DNA from: Candidatus Marinacidobacterales bacterium
Lineage (GTDB): Bacteria > Acidobacteriota > Vicinamibacteria > Marinacidobacterales > DATDRI01
NCBI GenBank assembly: GCA_965226495.1
Contig: OZ245365.1
Coordinates: 608,001 to 672,000, forward strand
DNA: 64,000 nt
Direction: 5' to 3'
The notes under the pieces are model-generated. The model ran no database searches and was not told the DNA's origin. It was given only the letters and a program-made list of their open reading frames with translations. A program made the position numbers and the translations under genes. This document shows positions 38,559-49,642 of this stretch, one piece after another (the stretch's first letter is position 1; the number at the start of each line of letters is the position of its first letter).

Positions 38559-41500
38559 ATGAAAACGACCGCTCGGATGCCAGGGATGCCACGCCTCGTG
38601 ATGATCTCCGTTCTCGCCGTCGTTTTCGCCACTGTGACGACCGAGGCAGAGTCCCCACACGCCGGTGACCTGGTCAGCTCGTCAGGGGAGCGGGACCTTA
38701 CCCGCGGTGTACTCGCCTTCAATGCGAACAAATCGGTCTACTTGCCGACCGAGACCGCGTACCTTCAAATGGGTGTCGTTGATGAAGACGGGCGTACGAT
38801 TTGCGACGCCGAGCTCGACCTCACAGTTACGACACCCACTGGCGAGGTTGATACCCTCTCCACCGAGAACGGTCGGATTCGGAGAAATCCGGAATGCGGT
38901 CCCGACAACGTGATCGAAGCTCCGGACTACTTTGCCTACTACGCGACGCGGACTACCGGTACGTATGACGTTGCCCTAACGAGCCGCACTTTGGATGGCG
39001 TCAAGGAAACTCGAAATAGTTTCGAAGTTCGGGAAGACAGGCCCTTTGACATCGAGCGCATAGGCCCATCCCGAGTCTATCCTGTGGCCGACTACAGGAT
39101 GCAACTTCGAGTCAAGGCCAACCAGGGGTACCAGGGCACACTCCGTGAGTACGTTCCAAGCGGTTTCGTCATTCGGGACCATCGTCTCAGGGTCAAGAGT
39201 CACGGAAGGGCGCAATTCGCACCGATCGATCGACCCTTGTCGAACCACGAAACCAGCGATGGCCGGATGGCTCTAACGTGGAAGGACATCGCCCTAACCC
39301 CTGGTGACGAACTGGAGGTCACGTACACGTTCAATACACCCAACACGTCTCCAGAATTCTACCTCTTGGGTGGAGTCGAGTTGGCCGATTTCGTCGAGGC
39401 GCGGTCGTGGCAGATTGCGGTGGATTCCACCGCGGTTTTCGATACATTCACCGAGACAGTCGATACGCCCATCACCGCTCACACACCCGATACGGGTTCC
39501 GGGTGGACGACAGTGTTCGACGATACGGGGGGTACTGAAGCCGAGATATCTGAAACGACGGATATCTTTCAAGCAAGTCAGATTCAGAACAATGTGGGGC
39601 AAGCTTACACCGCGCAGCCCACACCCACCACTGTCAACCAAAACGTCAGCATAACGCTAAAAGTCTTGGACACCACGTCGTCGGACAGGTCGGTGGGAAT
39701 ATTCGCCCGGAGAGCGGACAATAGCAACTTCTATCACGTACAGATCTTACCGAACGCTCACACTAACCCGAGCATTACCCTCTACAAGTTCGAGGGCGGC
39801 GTTCCTACGATTCTAGGAACCTTCGATGCGATCCTCGCGGTGGGGACGGTTATCAAGCTGGAAGTAAGAGACGTAACCAAGAAAGTCTTCGTGGACGGTG
39901 TGGAACGGATCAGTTCCTCAGACAACTCTCTGACTGCGGCCGGCACTTGGGGAGTCTATTTCGGAAATTTTAATGGCGCGGGAATTGGAGGCGATATACG
40001 GGGGACCTGGGACCTTGACGATTTTCTCGCCGAGGACGGCAATTTCCCTGACCCGCAGTCCTGCGCCCGCATAACGACAATTGGTGCGGGCGACGAACAG
40101 GCCTTCGACATGATCGTCCAGCCCGACGGCAGGTTCATTTTGGTGGGTTACAGCAACAACGGCAGCGACGAGGATATCGCCCTAGCCCGTTACCACCCGG
40201 ACGGGCGACTAGACCTCAGCTTCGACGGCGATGGCATCCGGACCGACGACATTGGAACGAGTAACGAGCGGGCTCGCGCGGTGGCTCTCCAGTCGGATGG
40301 GAAGATTGTGGTCGCCGGTTACACGGACGACCCCGGTAACGAGGATTGGTTCGTGGCGCGGTACGATACCGACGGAAGTCTTGACCCGAGCTTCGGCGGC
40401 GGGATCGTAACCACTGCTATTAGCGGCCTCCAGGACCGACCCGCAGCCTTGGCTATCCAGCCGGATGGAAAAATTGTCGTCTCCGGCTATGGTGTTGCTG
40501 GAGGCGACGACGTGGCAGTGGTTCGCTATAACACCGACGGGAGCGTCGATCCGACCTTTAGCGGTGGAATCGTGACCACTGACGTCGCGGTCACAGACCG
40601 GGCCAATGATGTCAAGATTCAATCCGACGGAAAGATCGTCGTGGGCGGAACTACCACGATTGCTGGTGACCGGGCCTTCCTAGTCATCCGCTACAACAGC
40701 GACGGCAGCCCGGATAATTCTTTCGGCGCGAGCGGAGTCGTAACCACCCAGGTCCCGCTTAGCGACGAATTCGGCGAGGGGCTCGATATCCAGCCTGACG
40801 GAAAGATTGTGCTTGGCGGCTTCACCGACAACTTGACGGGCGACTTCATGGTCGCGCGTTATGACAGCAATGGCACATTGGACTCGACGTTCGGCACCGG
40901 TGGCATCGTGACGACCGACATCCTCGGTGGAGACGACGACGCGGACGATCTCCTGCTGCAACCCGACGGCAAGATCTTGGTGGCGGGGTACGCTCACAAC
41001 GGACTGAATCAAGACTACGGAATCGTCCGGTACAACTCCGATGGCAGTTTGGATACTTCGTTCGGCACCGGCGGCAAAGTCACGACACCGATTGGCAGTC
41101 TCGACGACAACTCCGAAGCGTCGGCCCTCCTGCCGGACGGCAGCTTCATCGTGGCGGGTTTCAGCGCTAACGGCAGCGATTCCGATTTCTCCTGGGCCCG
41201 GCACAATCCGGATGGGAGTCTCGCCACCGGGTGTGGTGTGGTCAACTACCGCTCGATCGGAACCGCAGGAAACTATACTGACGGCACCGGCGTCGCCGCG
41301 ACGAGCGGTTCGACTGTCGTTACGGGTATTGCCGCCGCAACTTGGAAGACCTCAAATCGCGGTCGTGGCGATCTGATCACGATCGACGGTGTGCCTTACA
41401 CGGTCCTCTCGGTCGATTCCGAGACCCAGCTCACCCTGACCTCGCCCTACACCGAAGTGACTGGTTCGGGCAAGGCTTATACCATCGCCCGCAAGTTCAC

Positions 41501-44500
41501 GACGCTTCCGGCATGGGAGGAGTGCGTCGACGCCACCACGGTGGTCCTCCCCTCGTGTCACGACGTCTATACGTCAAGCTTGACGGCGGACGATCGGAAT
41601 GAGATTGGTATCGCCTACGCGGATACCGATTTTGTCGATCACGTCCTCATCCAAGGTGCCAGTACGGATGCCGATCACTTCATCACGCTGACCGCGGATG
41701 CAGGTAATCGTCACCTCGGAATAGCGAACGGCGGCGTGGTTCTCGATCCTTCCTCTACGAACGACCATGCCATCGAGGTGTGGACCGATTACACGCGCGT
41801 CGAGTGGCTCGAGATTACCGGCTGGGAAGGGAACAGCACAGAGGCTGTTCGCATCGACGCGGACTTAACCGAGTACGAGTTCTTGCTCATCCATGGGGGT
41901 CCGGAGACTAGCGACTCCGAGCAAGACGGGATTTACGTGGGTTCCAATCCTAACAGTTACACTGCGACGATTCGAAACACGATCGTCTACCGCGTCCCAA
42001 GAGCGGGAATTCACCTACAGAACCATATGGCTGGCCCGAGTCTCACGCTGAACGTGGAAAATGTCACGCTTTACGACAATGGCTTCGTGGGGATCGACTT
42101 TCAGCGAGGCGGTTTGACCAACCGGGGAGAGGCGGGGGCGATCGCTACAATCAACGCTAAAAATGTTCTTTCAGTGGGGAACACGAACAACGACTACACC
42201 ACGATCGGCCCCGCAGCCTCATGGGGGAGCTCGGATAACAACTTGGATTCCGACGGGACAGCTCAGGGCACGAACCCTGTGAACTCGTCTGTCGCCGCGG
42301 TGATGTTCGTCTCCGATGTCCTAGGCACCGAGGATCTTCACATTCAACCCACGAGCAGCGCCGAAAACACGGGTGCCGATTTGAGCGGCTCCTTCTCGCT
42401 CGATATCGATGGGGGCACGAGGCCGGCGGGTCAATGGGACATTGGGGCGGACGAAGAGAGCGCTGCCGCGAGCTCACTCTCCTTGGCAAATCACGCTTCA
42501 GGCCAAGTCACGAATAAGTTTACCGGGGCTTCGCCCATCACGGACACGTGGTTTCAGTTCCGCCTGACTTCCTCGGGGACGGTCAACGTGGATGCCGTCC
42601 GTGTAGGATTCACGACCCTAACCGGTGTGTTGAACGGGGATGTTACCAACGGTGAGCTCTGGGAGGATACGAACGGAAACGGTACGTGGGATGACACCGG
42701 CGGCGGCGACACCCTCCTGGAGGGGAGCGTGACGCCATCCGGGGGAATATTGACTTTTAGCAACAACTTTCCGCCGGGCGCTGGCGGGACGAACTATTTC
42801 GTGAGGGCGAGCGTTGCCAATCTGGTGGCCGGTAATTCAACCGTCTTTTCGTTGGACAGTGCGGGCATCGACGAGGTGGAAGCGTCGGTGGGTGAGTCCG
42901 GCTCAATCACGAACGCTCTTCACTCGCAGAGTCTGAGCCCCTCGGTGAATTATCGTTCTGTTGGCACCAACAGCGCCATCCTCTATCAAGCGGGAACAGC
43001 CTCTATTTCGGCGGGCTCGAACGCCGTAACCTTCGGCGGTGGTGCCAGCCTACCGGTTCCGACGGCGATCGGTGCAGTAGGCCAAGGCGACAAGCTGGTC
43101 ATCGGAAGCGAGACGTTCTTCATTCTGTCCCGAGACTCGAACACGCAGGTTACGATTCAAGAGATCGCGGTGTCCAACCACGCGGGCGAAGCCTATACCA
43201 TCACTCGCGCCTACAACACATTGCAGGATTGGGAGGACGACTGTGTGGCGGTGCCGGGATGTCTGCCTACTTCTAGCGGTGGTCGAGGGGGCGACCTGGT
43301 CACGGACGATCGCTACGAGATCGGGGTTGCCTATAACGACGTGACGAGCGGTGCCTTCATCGATAATGACGCGGACGGAAGAGTGGTTCGAATTCTGGGC
43401 TCGACGGTGGATGCAACCCATCATAGGGACCTAACCGTCGCGGTGGGTCAGCGGCACAACGGAACGGCAGGAACGGGAGCGGTGGTCGACGGCCAAACGA
43501 CGACTGCTTTTCCCATCCAGGTGAGCGAGAACGACACTCGCGTCGAGTGGCTCGAGGTCAAGAACGGCTACGATGTCGGAGACGGCGGGAGCTCATCCCT
43601 GTATATAGGCAATGGAGCCAGTAGTGTCACGAATGTCGTGCTGGAGTACATGCTGGTCTACGATTACGCCCTGAACTTCAACGCCGGCGCCAGGCCCAAC
43701 AGCGGCGGAGGGAGCGACAGCTTCACTGTGCGCAACTCCATCTTCTATAACGGAGAGTACGGGGTGCGGAGCGTGCAGGCCGGCGACGTGGTGACGGTGG
43801 AGAACTGCACGTCGTACAACATGAGCAGCATTGGATACCACATAGGTGGCGGTGGTGTGATGTCCGTAACCAACTCCATCGCCACTGTCAGTGGCACCGC
43901 AGACTTCTCGGCCGGAATCACGGGTGATTACAATCTGGACCAGGACGGCAGTTCGGCGCCAGGGGCGAACTCGCTCCACGGCATGACGGCGGCTAGCCAG
44001 TTTGTCTCCATCACGCTAGGCTCCGAGGACTTGCATTTGAAAGTGGCAGCTAATGCTATCGACGCGGCGAATCCCACGCCCTTGTCCTTTTGCTGTGACA
44101 TCGATGGAGGGCCGCGCATTGGGAGCTGGGACATCGGGGCCGATGAGTTCGGAGCGGGAGGAGCCGGAGGTTGTGGGCCCGAACTTCAGCTGGCCGAAAC
44201 AGCGAGCTCGATCACTGTCACCGCCCCGAATAGCTTCGAGATGACCTTCGACTTACAGGCTGGGGGCGGGATTCAGAAGTTTTACGATCTCGCCGAGGAT
44301 CCAGGCAGAAACTACGACTTGGCCGGTTCGCTCGAGTCTACGACAAGTCCCCGAAGCCTTCACAACCTCGGCCTGCAAGTCGGTGGGAACTTTCACAACC
44401 TAGGGGAGAACGACGCTGGTTCGACGCTCTCATTGCTCGAGGCGACACCGACAAGAGTGCGTATTCGCCAAGATTCGTTCTACGAGGACGGCGACACTGC

Positions 44501-47500
44501 CACTATTCTGGTCGGTGCGAAGGGTCGGGGCGACTACAGTATCTACCCCTCGGGCCGCCTGGCTCTCCGTTGGAATCGCACGAATACCGCAACAGTCAAT
44601 TATGCGACGGAGATCCACGAGCTGGTGGTCCATGAGGCGGTAGCGCCCCTGGACAACTGGGGGAACTCCTCGAGTACCGACGATACCGATCCGAACCCAG
44701 GTACCGACAGCTTCGTTCTCGCCAAGAAGGATGTCGTCGGTGTCCGAACGGACTTCCTGCACATCATCTCTCAAGACTGGTCGACTGTAAATGGGCATCA
44801 GGACACCGCGGACGAAGTGGATTGGGCCTCATCCGGAGCGAACGAGCGGGTCGTCTTGTGGTGGGCCGAGACCGATGGGCTTTCGCTGAGTAATGGCGAC
44901 AGCGATTCCTGGAGCTTGCTCACGTACTTCAAACCCACGAATTTTGGAAGTACGCCGAACCCATGGCAAGACCCGGAGGTTACCGGACGGCGAGACGATT
45001 ACCGAGTGACCACCGGTTGTCCGACCTGCGGACCCGACGATCTGGCGAGTCCTGCAGCCCCTACCGCGGGAGCCGGCTGGTTCCATGCGAGTGAGAATAC
45101 GGTCGGGCCGAGTGACTTTTTCAACGAGTCGGAGGCCGCGTATACCCTGGACTTCGATATGGCGGCGGGGTTGACGTTCGACATCGATGGCGGGCTGGGC
45201 ACGCCGCCGGTTCGGTACTCACCGTTCTTCAAGATCCGTCAATGGCGCTCGTTCCAAGATCCCGAGACCGTGACCGTCGAGGGGACGACACTGAGCAATG
45301 ACGTAGACTTCAGGGCGGACGTCAAGCCCGTCTCCCGCGCCCACTTCGCGAGCGACCTCACCTGGTACTCGACGCTCCAGAGCGCGGCGGCCACTTCGGC
45401 GCCCGCGGTGGGCACGACGACGAGTGTCTCCGGCGCGATCAGCTTCGTGGGTGCCAGGTACGGCAGCGGCGCGTCGATCGACGCCAACGGCGACACGATC
45501 ACGTTCCCGGCGGCTCAGAATTTCAATGCGAGCGCGGGAACGCTGGAGTTCTGGTACCGCCCGAGCTACGAGTGCCAGCCAGCCCCGGGGACCTGCGACG
45601 GTACAAAGCACGTGTTCTGGCACATGGAGCAAGTCCCGACGGACTACTTTGCGTTTCGCAAGACGACGGGCGACACGCTCCAGTTCGAGACGCGCAATAG
45701 CTCGAGTGGTATCACAACCACCAAATCCGTCGCGCTCGCGAACTTCGGGTGGAGGGCCGAGGACTGGGTGCACCTGCGCGTGACCTGGGACTCCACGGCC
45801 CCCGTGGCGAGCGACCGGCTCATGATCTACGTGAACGGAGTGGCGCCCACACAGTCGATCGCCGGCGGACCCTTCAACGGGGCTGGCCTAACAGTCGGTC
45901 CGAACTACATCGGCACGGACTCAGGTGGGGGGAACCATGCTTCCGGTATCCTCGACGAGCTCCGAGTCTACAACACGGCGAATGCGCCGACGCCACTCGC
46001 TCACGGGGGGCTGACGTCGAGCGCAAACGAGTACTTGGCGAGCACAAGCCAGAACTTCCAGCTCGCGTTCGATGGGGTGGACGTGGACCGGCGCGGTGAG
46101 TACGCGTACTTTGGCGCGGACTCGCAGTTCCGTGGTCTGAACATAGGTCTGAGTGTAGTGGGAACGGGTGTGGGTGCCGGCGATTTGGTGTGGGAGTACT
46201 GGAACGGAACGACGGGTGCCTGGGATGATCTGGAAGCGGTGTTGAACTTCACCGACGAGACGGATTCGCTGACGAAGTCGAACGGTACGGTGTACTGGGA
46301 GGATGACCCCGCAAACTGGGCAGAGTACTCGGTGAACGGAAGTCCGGACCTCTTCTATGTACGGGCTCACCTGGTGAACGGAGCTAGTTACGGCACGCCA
46401 CCAACCGAGGCTTTGATAAAGACCGACATTTTGTTGTTCCAGTACTGCAGCGATATTACTCAGGCCGCGCAGACGTTTAGCTTTGCCGTGCCGCTCGCGA
46501 CGGCAGTGGAGCTCGTGTCGTTCGAGGCTCTGCCGCTCGACGGCGCTGTGGCCTTGGAGTGGAAAACCGGCTCGGAGCTCGACAACCTGGGCTTCCATCT
46601 TTACCGGGCAGAATCTGAGGAAGGCCAGTACACGCGAATCACGACGAGCGTGATACCCGGCCTGGGCTCCTCTCCGCAAGGAGCCACGTACAACTATCGT
46701 GACTCCGGGCTGTCCAATGGCGTGACCTACTACTACAAACTTGAGGATATCGAAACGACGGGGGCGAAGGAGTTTCACGGTCCGGTGTCAGCGACACCGA
46801 CGGGAGAAGTTGCAATTGAGGACGATCCTGAGGGTGAAGACGGAACCGCGGGAGGCGGCACGTCCGGCGAGGAAGAACTTGGTGAGCTCTCGTCCCGGAT
46901 CACCTACGGAGATCCCTCAGCGAACGAGCTCCTGGTCCGCCACCGCGGGAGGAAGTGGATGGAGCTGACGCTTATCACCGAAGGCTTCTACGCCATTCCT
47001 CAAGAAGACGGCTCGGTACTCCTCGAGGTCCCGGGCTTCGAAGACTTCGGGGGTCCGGACTTGCCGGATGTCCCCGCGTACCGTACCTGGCAAGACGTCC
47101 TAGCTGGCCGCGACGTGAAGTTGGCCTCCGTGAAGACCGATGGGGTGGCGGAGTTTGCAAGCCTCCGTCCCAGCTCTTCGGAACTAATTGTCATTGCTTC
47201 CGGAGACGGCACGGTACAGACCGGCCGTCGGCGTAAGAAACGGCGCAAGCCGTCCCATGTTTACTACCCCGAGTCCTGGGCTAAGCTGATGAGTGTGGGC
47301 TTCCAAGGTGCTGCGAAGAAAGCCTTAGTCGAGATGGCTCCCCTTAGATGGGATGCGACGGCTGAGAAACTGGTCCTGGCCCGGCGCCTCGTGGTCCGCA
47401 TCGCGTTCAAGGGAAAAGACAAGGCGGAGCTGCAACTCGGCAAGAGCCACCGAGAAGTGGGAAGCCACGCGAACCGGAGCGTCTACGCCCGGATAGCGGT

Positions 47501-49490
47501 GACGGGGCCTGGCCTCTATGGGGTGAGCTACGAGTCGGTATTCGGCCAAATAGGTAAGACGAGAAAGGCCATCAAGACCAGCTCTTTGAGGCTGAGCCGT
47601 CAGGGCGAGCCGGTGGCGTTTTTCGTGAGCCCGAACTCGAAGAAGTTCAAGAAGAAGTCGGTGCTGTACTTCCTGAGCGATGGTGCGGACTTGAACCCCT
47701 ATGGCCATGAAGCGGTCTACGAGCTCGAAGCCAGCCAACAAGGACTCCACATGGAATCCCTGAACGGAGCTCCGGTGGGAGCCCCGACCACCTTCTACTG
47801 GAAGACGGTGGAGCGGGAAGAGAATCTGCTCTACCAGGCTGCCTTTGAGGGCGAAGAAGACATCTGGCAGTGGGATTGGCTGTTCGGCCCGATGACGAAC
47901 GGCTACCCCTTCGAAGTCACGAACCTGTCGCCGGTGGCCGAAAACTCGAAACTGAGAGTGTGGCTCCACGGAGCGAGCGATTTCCCCGAAGATCCGGACC
48001 ACCACGTCAGACTCTACATAAACGGGATTCTCGTTAATGACACGTGGTGGGACGGCGAGACGCCTCACTTCGTCGAAGCGGAGCTGGGTCCTGGATTGCT
48101 CCTAGAGGGTGAGAACACTCTAGAAATAGAAGAAGTGGGGGACACGGAAGCTCAGTACTCGATGGTGATGCTGGACCGTTTCGAGGTGAGCTACCCATCG
48201 CAACTAATCGACGAACTGGACGGAAGCTTCACCCAATCAGGGTTAGCCATCATCTCCGGCGGAGCAGGACACCTTTTCGACGTGACGGAGGCCCAACCGA
48301 AACGCTTGAGCGGAGTGCAAGCAACTCAAGACGGATTGAGCTTCGGTGCGGCGTCGGCCCATCGCTACCTGTTGGCGAGTTCGGTGCTGACTCCAGAGGT
48401 AAGACCGGCGCAGTCGACGGGTCTGAAGAAGGCGTGGAGTCGAGCGGAGTACCTGGTCATCGGTCCAAGGGAGTTCCTTGATGCTGCGGAGCCTCTGCTG
48501 GCCCACCGGAGAAACGAGGGTTTGATCGCAGGAGCGATTGCGACGGAAGACATCTTCGAAGAGTTCGGGTATGGAGAAGCGACACCGGAATCGATCAAGG
48601 ACTTCCTGAGCTATGTGTACCACCACTGGAGTGAGCCGACCCTGCGGTACGTCGTCTTACTAGGAGATGGTACCTACGATTTCAAAGATTACCTAGCGAC
48701 GGGCGTTGCGAGCTATGTCCCAGTGAAGATCGTGGAGACTCGCTACATGTGGACGGCGTCGGATCCCTGGTATGGCGCGATCAATGGAGATGACATCCTA
48801 CCGGACGTCGCCATAGGGCGACTTCCAGCTGCATCGGTCGGCGAAGTGCAAGCGTTGGTGCAGAAGATCCTCGACTATGAATCCGGCGAAGCAGATCCCG
48901 AAGCGCCCATCGTGCTCATTACGGATAATAACCCGGACGTGGCGGGAAACTTCGACGCGGACGCGGAGGAGCTCGCGTCGACCGTACTGAAGGACGAAGA
49001 CCTCGAGAAAATCTACCTCTCGGAGCTAGGGGCAAGTGGAGCTCAAGGCGCGATCTTGAGTGCCTTCGATCAAGGTGCGTCTCTGATGAGCTACATGGGT
49101 CACGGAGCGATTCACTTGTGGGCTCAGGAAAACTTGCTCGATATCTGGCAAGTGGGTTCCCTGGCACCACAGTCGCAGCAACCGCTCTTATTCACGATGA
49201 ACTGCCTGAACGGCTACTTCCACTTCCCGTACTTCAACTCTCTGTCGGAGGAGCTGCTGAAGGCGGAAGGCAAGGGCGTTATCGCCGCGTTCTCACCAAC
49301 GGGGCTAAGTCTGAATAGCCCGGCACATCGATTCCACAAAGCGCTTCTCCAGCAAGTCGTGCATAGTGAGCATGAGCGACTGGGCGATGCGATACTCGCC
49401 GGCCAGACAGGCTATGCACAAACGGGAGCCTTCCCCGAGTTGCTCACCATCTATCATCTACTAGGTGATCCTGGTCTGAAACTCCGTTAG
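38559..49490 (+). CDS. G4: giant (~3640 aa) protein with delta-60 repeat propeller, beta-helices, LamG-like domain and the C25 peptidase cassette
   Basis: Start uncertain (in-frame ATGs at 38544, 38559, 38577, 38586, all downstream of the sigma54 site). Signal-like RLVMISVLAVVFATVTTEA|E. TAVEL at 46500; YMGHGA / MNCLNG. Confidence 0.88.
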   Translation: MKTTARMPGMPRLVMISVLAVVFATVTTEAESPHAGDLVSSSGERDLTRGVLAFNANKSVYLPTETAYLQMGVVDEDGRTICDAELDLTVTTPTGEVDTLSTENGRIRRNPECGPDNVIEAPDYFAYYATRTTGTYDVALTSRTLDGVKETRNSFEVREDRPFDIERIGPSRVYPVADYRMQLRVKANQGYQGTLREYVPSGFVIRDHRLRVKSHGRAQFAPIDRPLSNHETSDGRMALTWKDIALTPGDELEVTYTFNTPNTSPEFYLLGGVELADFVEARSWQIAVDSTAVFDTFTETVDTPITAHTPDTGSGWTTVFDDTGGTEAEISETTDIFQASQIQNNVGQAYTAQPTPTTVNQNVSITLKVLDTTSSDRSVGIFARRADNSNFYHVQILPNAHTNPSITLYKFEGGVPTILGTFDAILAVGTVIKLEVRDVTKKVFVDGVERISSSDNSLTAAGTWGVYFGNFNGAGIGGDIRGTWDLDDFLAEDGNFPDPQSCARITTIGAGDEQAFDMIVQPDGRFILVGYSNNGSDEDIALARYHPDGRLDLSFDGDGIRTDDIGTSNERARAVALQSDGKIVVAGYTDDPGNEDWFVARYDTDGSLDPSFGGGIVTTAISGLQDRPAALAIQPDGKIVVSGYGVAGGDDVAVVRYNTDGSVDPTFSGGIVTTDVAVTDRANDVKIQSDGKIVVGGTTTIAGDRAFLVIRYNSDGSPDNSFGASGVVTTQVPLSDEFGEGLDIQPDGKIVLGGFTDNLTGDFMVARYDSNGTLDSTFGTGGIVTTDILGGDDDADDLLLQPDGKILVAGYAHNGLNQDYGIVRYNSDGSLDTSFGTGGKVTTPIGSLDDNSEASALLPDGSFIVAGFSANGSDSDFSWARHNPDGSLATGCGVVNYRSIGTAGNYTDGTGVAATSGSTVVTGIAAATWKTSNRGRGDLITIDGVPYTVLSVDSETQLTLTSPYTEVTGSGKAYTIARKFTTLPAWEECVDATTVVLPSCHDVYTSSLTADDRNEIGIAYADTDFVDHVLIQGASTDADHFITLTADAGNRHLGIANGGVVLDPSSTNDHAIEVWTDYTRVEWLEITGWEGNSTEAVRIDADLTEYEFLLIHGGPETSDSEQDGIYVGSNPNSYTATIRNTIVYRVPRAGIHLQNHMAGPSLTLNVENVTLYDNGFVGIDFQRGGLTNRGEAGAIATINAKNVLSVGNTNNDYTTIGPAASWGSSDNNLDSDGTAQGTNPVNSSVAAVMFVSDVLGTEDLHIQPTSSAENTGADLSGSFSLDIDGGTRPAGQWDIGADEESAAASSLSLANHASGQVTNKFTGASPITDTWFQFRLTSSGTVNVDAVRVGFTTLTGVLNGDVTNGELWEDTNGNGTWDDTGGGDTLLEGSVTPSGGILTFSNNFPPGAGGTNYFVRASVANLVAGNSTVFSLDSAGIDEVEASVGESGSITNALHSQSLSPSVNYRSVGTNSAILYQAGTASISAGSNAVTFGGGASLPVPTAIGAVGQGDKLVIGSETFFILSRDSNTQVTIQEIAVSNHAGEAYTITRAYNTLQDWEDDCVAVPGCLPTSSGGRGGDLVTDDRYEIGVAYNDVTSGAFIDNDADGRVVRILGSTVDATHHRDLTVAVGQRHNGTAGTGAVVDGQTTTAFPIQVSENDTRVEWLEVKNGYDVGDGGSSSLYIGNGASSVTNVVLEYMLVYDYALNFNAGARPNSGGGSDSFTVRNSIFYNGEYGVRSVQAGDVVTVENCTSYNMSSIGYHIGGGGVMSVTNSIATVSGTADFSAGITGDYNLDQDGSSAPGANSLHGMTAASQFVSITLGSEDLHLKVAANAIDAANPTPLSFCCDIDGGPRIGSWDIGADEFGAGGAGGCGPELQLAETASSITVTAPNSFEMTFDLQAGGGIQKFYDLAEDPGRNYDLAGSLESTTSPRSLHNLGLQVGGNFHNLGENDAGSTLSLLEATPTRVRIRQDSFYEDGDTATILVGAKGRGDYSIYPSGRLALRWNRTNTATVNYATEIHELVVHEAVAPLDNWGNSSSTDDTDPNPGTDSFVLAKKDVVGVRTDFLHIISQDWSTVNGHQDTADEVDWASSGANERVVLWWAETDGLSLSNGDSDSWSLLTYFKPTNFGSTPNPWQDPEVTGRRDDYRVTTGCPTCGPDDLASPAAPTAGAGWFHASENTVGPSDFFNESEAAYTLDFDMAAGLTFDIDGGLGTPPVRYSPFFKIRQWRSFQDPETVTVEGTTLSNDVDFRADVKPVSRAHFASDLTWYSTLQSAAATSAPAVGTTTSVSGAISFVGARYGSGASIDANGDTITFPAAQNFNASAGTLEFWYRPSYECQPAPGTCDGTKHVFWHMEQVPTDYFAFRKTTGDTLQFETRNSSSGITTTKSVALANFGWRAEDWVHLRVTWDSTAPVASDRLMIYVNGVAPTQSIAGGPFNGAGLTVGPNYIGTDSGGGNHASGILDELRVYNTANAPTPLAHGGLTSSANEYLASTSQNFQLAFDGVDVDRRGEYAYFGADSQFRGLNIGLSVVGTGVGAGDLVWEYWNGTTGAWDDLEAVLNFTDETDSLTKSNGTVYWEDDPANWAEYSVNGSPDLFYVRAHLVNGASYGTPPTEALIKTDILLFQYCSDITQAAQTFSFAVPLATAVELVSFEALPLDGAVALEWKTGSELDNLGFHLYRAESEEGQYTRITTSVIPGLGSSPQGATYNYRDSGLSNGVTYYYKLEDIETTGAKEFHGPVSATPTGEVAIEDDPEGEDGTAGGGTSGEEELGELSSRITYGDPSANELLVRHRGRKWMELTLITEGFYAIPQEDGSVLLEVPGFEDFGGPDLPDVPAYRTWQDVLAGRDVKLASVKTDGVAEFASLRPSSSELIVIASGDGTVQTGRRRKKRRKPSHVYYPESWAKLMSVGFQGAAKKALVEMAPLRWDATAEKLVLARRLVVRIAFKGKDKAELQLGKSHREVGSHANRSVYARIAVTGPGLYGVSYESVFGQIGKTRKAIKTSSLRLSRQGEPVAFFVSPNSKKFKKKSVLYFLSDGADLNPYGHEAVYELEASQQGLHMESLNGAPVGAPTTFYWKTVEREENLLYQAAFEGEEDIWQWDWLFGPMTNGYPFEVTNLSPVAENSKLRVWLHGASDFPEDPDHHVRLYINGILVNDTWWDGETPHFVEAELGPGLLLEGENTLEIEEVGDTEAQYSMVMLDRFEVSYPSQLIDELDGSFTQSGLAIISGGAGHLFDVTEAQPKRLSGVQATQDGLSFGAASAHRYLLASSVLTPEVRPAQSTGLKKAWSRAEYLVIGPREFLDAAEPLLAHRRNEGLIAGAIATEDIFEEFGYGEATPESIKDFLSYVYHHWSEPTLRYVVLLGDGTYDFKDYLATGVASYVPVKIVETRYMWTASDPWYGAINGDDILPDVAIGRLPAASVGEVQALVQKILDYESGEADPEAPIVLITDNNPDVAGNFDADAEELASTVLKDEDLEKIYLSELGASGAQGAILSAFDQGASLMSYMGHGAIHLWAQENLLDIWQVGSLAPQSQQPLLFTMNCLNGYFHFPYFNSLSEELLKAEGKGVIAAFSPTGLSLNSPAHRFHKALLQQVVHSEHERLGDAILAGQTGYAQTGAFPELLTIYHLLGDPGLKLR
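40060..41230 (+). repeat. Seven delta-60-type repeats (beta-propeller); homologous block in G5 at ~49750-50930
   Basis: About 55-aa units Q.DGKIVV.G...D..V.RY..DGSLD.SF...G.VTT. Confidence 0.85.
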
Positions 49491-49509
49491 TCGGGTTAAA
49501 TTAAAAGTC

Positions 49510-49624
49510 GAGGGGAAATCCCCACCAAGCTCGGCGATTCACCCTCAGTCGTACCCCCCAGAAGCTCCCTGCTTTCAGTGATATAGGTGAGTTTCCACCA
49601 TCGACTTCGGGCATCGTTCTTGCA
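49510..49624 (+). promoter_or_regulatory. sigma54 promoter of G5 with upstream 16-bp motif
   Basis: GGGCAT-CGTTC-TTGCA at 49609-49624 and GAGGGGAAATCCCCAC at 49510-49525. The IHF-like match here is poor. Confidence 0.68.
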
Positions 49625-49642
49625 AGATCGGTGGGAATTCCT

